Source: Pseudomonadota bacterium
Lineage (GTDB): Bacteria > Pseudomonadota > Alphaproteobacteria > Rhodobacterales > Rhodobacteraceae
DNA length: 55,352 nt
Assembly: GCA_039185285.1 (NCBI GenBank)
Contig: JBCDAQ010000001.1
Span: 1-55,352, forward strand
Direction of reading: 5' to 3'
Positions 48,335-55,352 of the stretch are shown here, piece by piece. A program made the translations under genes and the position numbers. The notes beneath the pieces were generated by a model, which was given only the letters and a program-made list of their open reading frames with translations, ran no database searches and was not told the DNA's origin. Positions within the stretch are counted from its first letter, which is position 1. Each line of letters starts with the position of its first letter.

Positions 48335-49246
48335 TTACTGTTCCAAAAGCTGGTCTTCGCGGATTGCATCAGGCGGGACCATTGGATCGGCTGGCGTAAT
48401 CTCGGCTCCAGCCACAACGCCTTCCACCACCTCAGCCTGCGCAGCGCTTGTCAGCTCTTGGATGATCTGAGCGCCGACTTCCTCCAAGGGAGGAGCTGCG
48501 CGCGTGCGACGCTCATCCATTTTGATCAAGTGAAAACCGAACGGGCTTTCGATCGGGCCGCTGATCTCTCCCGGCTGCAAACCAAACGCCGCATCGGCAA
48601 AAGCGGGAACCATATCCGAATGAATGAACCAGCCTAGATCGCCGCCGCGTTGAGCAGTTCCGTCCGTGCCATGTTCTGCAGCCAGAGCTGCGAAATCCGC
48701 ACCTCCATCAAGCTCGGCCTTTAAGGATTCTGCCTGCTCTTTCGTCTCGACCAGGATATGCCCGGCGCGAACCTCTTCAGGCTGCTCGACATTCACATAG
48801 CGCGCTTCGTACTCAGCCTGGACTTTTGCTTCATCCACGCGCTCAGAGATTTGGTCGCGCAGATAAGCATCCGCGAGGATCGCCATTTTCTGCGTCTCGA
48901 TAGCAAGCTTTATGTCGTCACGTTCCTCCAACCCGTCCGCGCGAGCCGCCTCAGCCAAAAGGATCTGCGTGCTCAACTGTTCGCTTAGGGCTTGCATCAG
49001 GACCTCACCTGGTAGGGTCTGATACTGCTCTGGAACGCCTTGGCGCATGGCGATCAGCTGGCCCAAGGTCACATCGATGCCATTGACCGTCAGAACGACT
49101 GTTTGGGCATCATAAGTCTCCGCTACTGCCGGGGCTTCTTCGGCGGGCGCGGTCTCCGTCGTCTCGGTTGTTTGCGCGGACAAGGGCCCCGCGACGGCGG
49201 CTAAGACCAATGCGCTCAGCACAGCGCGGGCGTTCAAACGGATCAT
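48335..49246 (-). CDS. parvulin-type peptidyl-prolyl isomerase (PrsA/PpiC-like)
   Basis: Signal peptide; HILV, FAALA, GGDLGWF, MVPAFADAAF, SPFGFHLIK; divergent from secA. Confidence 0.93.
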   Translation of the reverse strand: MIRLNARAVLSALVLAAVAGPLSAQTTETTETAPAEEAPAVAETYDAQTVVLTVNGIDVTLGQLIAMRQGVPEQYQTLPGEVLMQALSEQLSTQILLAEAARADGLEERDDIKLAIETQKMAILADAYLRDQISERVDEAKVQAEYEARYVNVEQPEEVRAGHILVETKEQAESLKAELDGGADFAALAAEHGTDGTAQRGGDLGWFIHSDMVPAFADAAFGLQPGEISGPIESPFGFHLIKMDERRTRAAPPLEEVGAQIIQELTSAAQAEVVEGVVAGAEITPADPMVPPDAIREDQLLEQ

Positions 49247-49304
49247 GCGGGTCTCCTTTTGGGGTGAGGCGTGGATTTGGCGGCGCTGATCACACGCCCG
49301 AACA

Positions 49305-49333
49305 TTGACAGTGTCCTGCCCCCTCAATAGATC
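49305..49333 (+). promoter_or_regulatory. probable sigma70 promoter of secA
   Basis: TTGACA-N17-TAGATC in the ppiC/secA divergent intergenic region. Confidence 0.45.
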
Positions 49334-49452
49334 AAGCCCGGGCTTTGCCCGCGCGTTAGCCCGCCTGATCTATTCCGCTGAGCGGTTTCGGGCAAGCGCG
49401 ATCACAGGAATTTTGGCTGGGGAGGCGCCCCGCCGCATGACAAAGGGTGACC

Positions 49453-52400
49453 ATGCTCGGACTAGGCAGCCTCGCAAAGAAAGTCTTCGGCACCACGAAT
49501 GACCGAAAGGTCAAAGCTGCGCAGTCAACCGTTCAGGCGGTAAACGCGCTGGAACCAGAGTACGAAAAGCTCTCTGACGAGCAAGTTCGCGCGAAGACTG
49601 ACGAGTTTAAGAAAAGACTCGAAGCTGGTGAGACGCTCGAAGACATTTTGCCTGAAGCCTTTGCCGCCGTTCGCGAGGCGGCAAAGCGAACCCTAGGCTT
49701 GCGCCCCTTTGACGTTCAAATCATAGGCGGCCTTGTCCTGCACCAAGGCTCGATTTCCGAGATGAAGACGGGCGAGGGTAAAACCCTGGTCGCCACGCTT
49801 CCTGTCTATCTCAACGCGTTGACGGGCAAAGGCGTTCACGTGGTCACTGTCAACGACTACTTGGCACGGCGAGATGCTGAATGGATGGGGAATGTCTACG
49901 AGTTCCTCGGAATGACTGTCGGAGTGGTCGTTCCTCAGCAAGCCGACGACGAAAAACGCGCCGCATATCAGGCGGATATCACCTACGGAACCAACAACGA
50001 GTATGGCTTCGACTATCTGCGCGATAACATGAAGCACACGGTCGAGGAAATGTACCAGCGTGGCCGATACTTCGCGATCGTGGATGAGGTCGACTCGATC
50101 CTCGTCGACGAAGCCCGAACGCCATTGATCATTTCAGGGCCGGTTGAAGATCAGACCGAGCTCTACCTCGCGATCGACGACGTGATTCCAGGCATCTCGG
50201 AGGAGCACTTTGAGCTCGATGAGAAGCAACGCGCCGTGACCCTGACCGATGAGGGCAACGAATGGATTGAGGAGGAATTGCAGCGCCGCGGCACCCTACC
50301 CGAAGACCAATCCATGTACGACCCGGCCTCGGTCACGATCGTCCACCACGTGAACCAGGCTCTCCGCGCGCATAAACTGTTCCAGAAGGACAAGGACTAC
50401 ATCGTCAAGAACCGCCAGGTTGTCATCATTGATGAGTTCACCGGTCGGATGATGGAAGGGCGGCGTTTCGGCGACGGGCTACACCAGGCAATCGAGGCCA
50501 AGGAGCGCGTCGATATTCAGCCTGAGAACGTCACGATGGCCTCGGTCACCTTCCAAAACTATTTCAGGCTCTACGACAAACTGGCGGGGATGTCCGGTAC
50601 CGCGCTGACCGAGCAGGAGGAATTCCTCTCGATCTATGGGCTAGACGTGGTCGAAGTACCTACGAACGTGGTCGTTGCCCGGCTCGATGAGGATGATCAG
50701 GTCTTTCGTACCTTCGGTGAGAAGTACGACGCCATCGTTCGGGCCATTTGCGACGCGCATCTGCGCGAGCAGCCGATTCTGGTCGGCACCACCTCGATTG
50801 AGAAATCCGAGCTCTTGGCACGCCTTCTCTCAGACAAGAAGATGCTGGCTCAAGCTGCTGGCCGGGGGTTGCGCCGCTTTGTTGCCGCGGATCTACGCCG
50901 AGCTGAGAAGTCTGGCGAGAAGGTTGATATCAGCGGTCTCAAAGCAGGCTCGAGTGAGGATCTTGAACGCCAGCTTGGCAATCCAAAGGCCGTCGAGACC
51001 CTGATGCATCATGTCGAAGGCATGTTGCCCAAGCTCAAAGGCGAGCAAAAGGAGATGGCTGAATTCCTCCTCATGGAAACACGTGCCGTCCTCCAATGCA
51101 TCGCCAGAGGTGGCGTGGAGCACAGTGTCCTGAACGCCCGGTTCCACGAGCAGGAAGCCCAGATCGTGGCCCAAGCCGGCCATCCAGGCGCTGTCACAAT
51201 TGCTACAAACATGGCGGGCCGCGGAACGGACATCAAACTGGGTGGCAATGCCGAGATGCGCGTTGCCAACGAAGCTGAAGGAGATCCGGCAAAAGCCGCC
51301 GCGATCGAGGCTGAAGTGGCTGAAAGCAAACAGAAAGTCCTCGAGGCTGGCGGGCTTTGGGTCTTGGCGACTGAGCGCCATGAAAGCCGTCGGATCGACA
51401 ACCAGCTCCGAGGTCGATCAGGCCGTCAAGGAGACCCTGGGCGGTCGACCTTCTACCTCTCGTTGCAAGACGATCTGATGCGGATTTTCGGCTCAGAGCG
51501 GATCGACAGCATGCTTCAGAAGCTGGGTCTGGAGGAAGGTGAAGCGATCGTCCACTCCTGGGTGAACAAAGCGATTGAGAAAGCTCAGGTGAAGGTCGAA
51601 GCGCGGAACTTTGATATCCGCAAGAACATCCTCAAATACGATGATGTGATGAATGACCAGCGCAAGACGATTTTTGAGCAGCGTCGGGAGATTATGGACA
51701 CTGAGGACCTCTCAGAAACCATCGAAGAGATGCGCCATGAGGTCATCGACGAGCTGGTCGGCAACCACATGCCCGAACGCGCCTATGCAGATCAGTGGGA
51801 CTCATCGGCGCTGGAAGAGGATGTTCGCAAGTATCTCGGCCATGAGTTCCCGATTCAGGAATGGGCTGCCGAGGAAGGCGTCGACGACACCGTTATTCGA
51901 GATCGCCTGACCGATCAAACCGATGCTTTGCAATCCGAGAAAGCCGAAAAAATCGGCGATGAAAACATGCGTGGCCTCGAGAAACAGGTTCTGTTGCAGA
52001 TCCTCGACCATCATTGGCGCGAGCATATCATCCAGTTGGAGCATCTCCGCTCGGTCATCCAGTTCCGCGGATATGCACAGCGAGATCCGCTAAATGAGTA
52101 TAAAACAGAAGCATTTACGCTGTTCGAAGCGCTCCTCGGAAACCTCCGCCGCGATGTGACTGGGCAAATGGGCGCGATCCGCCCCCTGACCCCGGAGCAG
52201 ATTGAAGAGCGTAAGCGGATGATCGAACAGATGCAGGCAGAGATGCTGCGTCAGCAGGAAGAAGCCAAGCGCCAGCAAGAAGAGGCCGAGACAAAAGCCG
52301 AACGTATGGCCACCGCCGAGATGGCACTGATGAGCGATGTGGCAGGCGATGCGATCGACCCCAACAACCCAGCCACATGGGGCAAAGTCGGACGCAACGA

Positions 52401-52458
52401 GCCTTGCCCATGCGGCTCTGGCAAAAAGTTCAAGCACTGCCACGGCCGGGTGACCTGA
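49453..52458 (+). CDS. secA: preprotein translocase subunit SecA (with large NBD2 insertion)
   Basis: [56 protein letters not shown]-terminal [13 protein letters not shown]. Confidence 0.99.
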   Translation: MLGLGSLAKKVFGTTNDRKVKAAQSTVQAVNALEPEYEKLSDEQVRAKTDEFKKRLEAGETLEDILPEAFAAVREAAKRTLGLRPFDVQIIGGLVLHQGSISEMKTGEGKTLVATLPVYLNALTGKGVHVVTVNDYLARRDAEWMGNVYEFLGMTVGVVVPQQADDEKRAAYQADITYGTNNEYGFDYLRDNMKHTVEEMYQRGRYFAIVDEVDSILVDEARTPLIISGPVEDQTELYLAIDDVIPGISEEHFELDEKQRAVTLTDEGNEWIEEELQRRGTLPEDQSMYDPASVTIVHHVNQALRAHKLFQKDKDYIVKNRQVVIIDEFTGRMMEGRRFGDGLHQAIEAKERVDIQPENVTMASVTFQNYFRLYDKLAGMSGTALTEQEEFLSIYGLDVVEVPTNVVVARLDEDDQVFRTFGEKYDAIVRAICDAHLREQPILVGTTSIEKSELLARLLSDKKMLAQAAGRGLRRFVAADLRRAEKSGEKVDISGLKAGSSEDLERQLGNPKAVETLMHHVEGMLPKLKGEQKEMAEFLLMETRAVLQCIARGGVEHSVLNARFHEQEAQIVAQAGHPGAVTIATNMAGRGTDIKLGGNAEMRVANEAEGDPAKAAAIEAEVAESKQKVLEAGGLWVLATERHESRRIDNQLRGRSGRQGDPGRSTFYLSLQDDLMRIFGSERIDSMLQKLGLEEGEAIVHSWVNKAIEKAQVKVEARNFDIRKNILKYDDVMNDQRKTIFEQRREIMDTEDLSETIEEMRHEVIDELVGNHMPERAYADQWDSSALEEDVRKYLGHEFPIQEWAAEEGVDDTVIRDRLTDQTDALQSEKAEKIGDENMRGLEKQVLLQILDHHWREHIIQLEHLRSVIQFRGYAQRDPLNEYKTEAFTLFEALLGNLRRDVTGQMGAIRPLTPEQIEERKRMIEQMQAEMLRQQEEAKRQQEEAETKAERMATAEMALMSDVAGDAIDPNNPATWGKVGRNEPCPCGSGKKFKHCHGRVT

Positions 52459-52725
52459 CCCGATTGAGAAATCCGGAAAAACCGGGATCTGGAGGGATAA
52501 AGTTCCCGCCAGGTCTTGGTTAACAAATGCCAGATCTTCTCCGACAAAAGATCGCTGAAACCAGATTTTTTGCGACAAGTAGCGAGGTCGGCGGATCTGG
52601 CGGCCTTTGAACAGCCGTGTCGTTCAGGCTTGCCAAGTTTAGACAGCACTGTTGACCTATGCACCCTATTCAGGAAAGCTAACGACGACCGGGTTGCCAG
52701 AAATTGTGCTTAGGAGGGATCGCGC

Positions 52726-53532
52726 ATGCGCCGCAAGGAATTGACCGAACGCTTCCGCCGCCTTCACGTCCCAGGCAAGCCGCTGGTGATGCCGAACCCA
52801 TGGGACATCGGATCGGCACTGGTGATGGAGCGCTTAGGAGCTCAGGCGCTGGCGACGACATCCTCGGGATACGGTTTTACGCTGGGGCTGAGCGATGGCG
52901 GCCAGATGACGCGAGAGCTGGCCCTGCAGCATGCAGCGGATATCTGCGCACGAGTGGATGTGCCTGTGAATGGCGATTTCGAGAACGGGTTCGGCGAGAG
53001 CCCGGAGATCGTCGCTGAAACCGTGAGAATGGCAGCAGAGGCTGGGCTGTCCGGGGTGTCAATCGAGGACTCGGTTCTTCCGGGAGAGGGGTCCTATCCG
53101 TTCGACCTCGCGCTGGAGCGGATCGAGGCCGCGGCGGCCGCGGCCCAAGCTGCCGACATTGTGCTAACCGCCCGCGCCGATGGTTGCATCCTTCGCAGCT
53201 ACGACCAAGACGAGGCGGTTCGACGTTGCGAGGCGTTTGCGGCAGCCGGGGCGGATGTCATCTACGCCCCGCTGGTTGATGAGGCAGCAACCAGCGCTCT
53301 GGTCGATACTGGGACGCCGGTCAACGTGCTCGCCGCAGGTAAGATGCGTGATCTGACGGCTGAGCAGATGGCGGCACTTGGCGCTGCGCGCATCTCGATC
53401 GGTGGGGGGCTCGCGCGGGTCACCCAACAAGTGATCGTTGATGGTACCCGAGCGATCCTGGAGCGCGGCGATTTCACCGTCCTGAAAGGCGCTGCGAGAA
53501 GCGCGGAGGTCGACGAGATGTTGAACGGGTGA
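52726..53532 (+). CDS. isocitrate lyase/PEP mutase family protein
   Basis: PNPWDIGSA, ALATTSSG, DFENGFG, SIED, LTARAD, AGADVIYAP, RISIGG; SD GGAGG. Confidence 0.93.
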   Translation: MRRKELTERFRRLHVPGKPLVMPNPWDIGSALVMERLGAQALATTSSGYGFTLGLSDGGQMTRELALQHAADICARVDVPVNGDFENGFGESPEIVAETVRMAAEAGLSGVSIEDSVLPGEGSYPFDLALERIEAAAAAAQAADIVLTARADGCILRSYDQDEAVRRCEAFAAAGADVIYAPLVDEAATSALVDTGTPVNVLAAGKMRDLTAEQMAALGAARISIGGGLARVTQQVIVDGTRAILERGDFTVLKGAARSAEVDEMLNG

Positions 53533-53652
53533 GGCGTGGCTTTCGTTGCGAAGAAGCAGTCGTCCCCACCCGCGATCAGCGGCCTGTGATCATAGCTACA
53601 GTCGTTGCGCGCGATCCGTGGCAAGATCGCCCTGCTAACTCGGGAGGGTTTC

Positions 53653-53895
53653 ATGGCGACTGAAGACGAAACAACGAAAGCAGAACTGGCAGACACTGAC
53701 TTGGATGCGGCGCAGGCCGGGTCTTCACAACCATCCTCGAATGGCGGTTTCAGCGATATCTCGGGGCTTGGCGCCGAGGTCACGATCGCGGAACATCGGT
53801 CGGGCGGATCGAGATGGAATGTCTTCACCGCCGATCTCTTCAACGAGCCTCATGCGACGAATACTGACGCGAGCAAGAAGTCGCTGAAGGACTAA
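53653..53895 (+). CDS. 80-aa small protein with double-glycine-like leader and mosaic C-terminal segments
   Basis: SD GGGAGGG at 53642-53648 before the ATG; leader ELADTDLDAAQAG; fills an otherwise empty intergenic space. Confidence 0.75.
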   Translation: MATEDETTKAELADTDLDAAQAGSSQPSSNGGFSDISGLGAEVTIAEHRSGGSRWNVFTADLFNEPHATNTDASKKSLKD

Positions 53896-54000
53896 TGCCT
53901 TCCGCGGCTCGGATCCGCCAGCGCGTCCGCGAACAGGCTCTCAATCAGGCATCTCACCCGGGCGGCCAGCGGTCAGATTAATTTGCGATGAGGTGGCCGG

Positions 54001-55352
54001 CTACTCCGCCGCCACCTCGATTGATTTTGCACCTTGGATCGCCTGCCAGACCCGGACGGGGGAGTAGGGTGCCTCGAGGCCATGAACGCCAACGCGGGCC
54101 AGGGCGTCGATGATTGCGAGCCCACCCGCAGCAATGCCACCCGCACAGCCTGCCTCTCCACAGCCTTTCACACCCATGGGGTTGGTTTGCGCAGGCGCCT
54201 CGATGAAGTCGACGTCAAAGCTCGGCACATCATCGGCGCGCGGGATGGTGTAATCCATGAAGCTTGCCGTACGGGGTTGTCCGTCTTCGTCCCAGACCAT
54301 CTCCTCGCCCATGATCTGGCCGAGGCCCTGGACCACGCCGCCATGAACCTGACCCGCGACGAGGGCGGGGTTGATCAGGGTGCCGAACTCATCGGTGACC
54401 GTGTAGCGCTCAAGCGTGATTTTACCGGTCTCAGTGTCCAGCTCCACCTCCGCGATGTGGCAGCCATTGGGGAAGGTGGCAATCGTGTCATCGACAGCGC
54501 CAGCGCCTTGGATATCGGCCTCTGCTGCGAGGGCGGCAAGGCTGACCTGGCGGTCCGTGCCAGCGATCGCGAAGCTGGCGGTCTCGGGCGTGAACTCGAT
54601 ATCCTCCTCAGCAGCCTCCAGTTTGTCGGAGGCGAGCTTCTTTGCCTGGGTGATGATGTCATCTGCGGCCAAGAGCAGAACGCGGCTCGCCATTTTGCCA
54701 GATCGGGAGCCACCGGTGCCACCGCCCGCTTCGAGCAGGTCGCTGTCGCCTGCGACCAGTTCGATCTGCTCGATCGGCAGGCCGAGTTGGCTGTGAAGGA
54801 TCTGTGCCCAGGCTGTCTCATGCCCTTGGCCCGTCGATTGGGTGCCGATGAAGATCCGAGCGCCGCCCTCTTTGGTCAGCTCCACACGGGTTCGCTCCAA
54901 TGGCGCACCGCCCGTGCGTTCCATGTAATACGCCATGCCGATGCCACGTACGCGACCATCGCGTTCGCCGACAAAGCTGTCCCAGCCATGGCGGGCGGCG
55001 ACGTGGTTGACGACCTCTTGCGTGTCCAGGCTGTCAAAGTTCAGCCCGCCAGGGGTCATATGCGGCAGCATATCGGGTGTGACCAGGTTGCGCCGGCGCA
55101 GCTCGGCCCGCTCGATGCCGAGCTGACGGGCGGCGGCATCCATCAGACGCTCGGTGATATAGATCGTCTCGGGCCGACCCGCACCGCGATAGGCATCGGT
55201 GGGCGTGCCGTTGATGAAAGCGCCGCGGACATGGGCGTAATGGGCTTTGATCTTGTACATACCGCCCAGAAGGTTCGCCGAGAAGGCCGTGTGAATGGCA
55301 ACGCCCACAGTTGAGTAGTAAGCGCCGAGGCCGGAGATGGTCTTCATCCGCA
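54001..55352 (-). CDS. xanthine dehydrogenase/CoxL-family molybdopterin-binding subunit (5'-truncated by window)
   Basis: AYRGAGRPE, GQGHET, GGSRS, GQVHGGVVQG, MDY.IPRA, GVKGCGE. Confidence 0.95.
   Translation of the reverse strand, partial: RMKTISGLGAYYSTVGVAIHTAFSANLLGGMYKIKAHYAHVRGAFINGTPTDAYRGAGRPETIYITERLMDAAARQLGIERAELRRRNLVTPDMLPHMTPGGLNFDSLDTQEVVNHVAARHGWDSFVGERDGRVRGIGMAYYMERTGGAPLERTRVELTKEGGARIFIGTQSTGQGHETAWAQILHSQLGLPIEQIELVAGDSDLLEAGGGTGGSRSGKMASRVLLLAADDIITQAKKLASDKLEAAEEDIEFTPETASFAIAGTDRQVSLAALAAEADIQGAGAVDDTIATFPNGCHIAEVELDTETGKITLERYTVTDEFGTLINPALVAGQVHGGVVQGLGQIMGEEMVWDEDGQPRTASFMDYTIPRADDVPSFDVDFIEAPAQTNPMGVKGCGEAGCAGGIAAGGLAIIDALARVGVHGLEAPYSPVRVWQAIQGAKSIEVAAE

Noticed and set aside
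47735-48637. 300-aa plus-strand ORF
   Set aside because: Antisense to argJ and the parvulin gene; no recognisable domain.
50830-51111. SecA insertion as an intein
   Set aside because: No terminal His-Asn followed by Cys/Ser/Thr, no Hint blocks, no endonuclease motifs.
53619-53636. sigma54 promoter (TGGCAAG...TGCT) before the small peptide gene
   Set aside because: The GG-to-GC spacing is 12 nt, not the required 10.
53533-54000. Prophage or eCIS remnant around the tube-like peptide
   Set aside because: Both flanks are intact metabolic genes; no sheath, baseplate, integrase or att-like repeats are visible.
54034-55314. 426-aa plus-strand ORF
   Set aside because: Antisense shadow of the molybdopterin-subunit gene; no motifs; expected in high-GC coding DNA.

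Overview
Gene-dense chromosomal window from an alphaproteobacterium. The gene order is Rhodobacterales-like: tilS-ftsH, purD/xseA, hisD-UPF0262-LMW phosphatase, mutT-argJ-ppiC/secA. It holds about 56 CDS. I found no rRNA, tRNA, CRISPR array, integrase or transposase. Main blocks are housekeeping genes, small catabolic operons (mlrC-ALDH; mttB-P450-DUF2235-enolase-superfamily), a 10-gene Mrp-type cation/H+ antiporter operon lacking a full-length mrpA, and an envelope-sugar cluster (kdsA, pgm, GT4, galU, kdsB, cysQ). The most unusual element is an 80-aa ORF at 53653-53895. It has a double-glycine-type leader (ELADTDLDAAQAG) followed by two short segments that resemble conserved cores of unrelated proteins: a contractile-injection/phage tail tube (gp19-like) strand and the GH5 glycoside hydrolase catalytic NEP motif. 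This suggests a leader-borne mosaic or mimic peptide. Other oddities are a ~90-aa insertion in SecA, a catalytically degenerate stand-alone Hint domain, a hybrid kinase with two Asp-less receivers, extra segments in ArgJ and a cyclophilin, and an operator-like palindrome occurring twice about 38 kb apart. All family calls come from motif recognition by eye; no searches were run.
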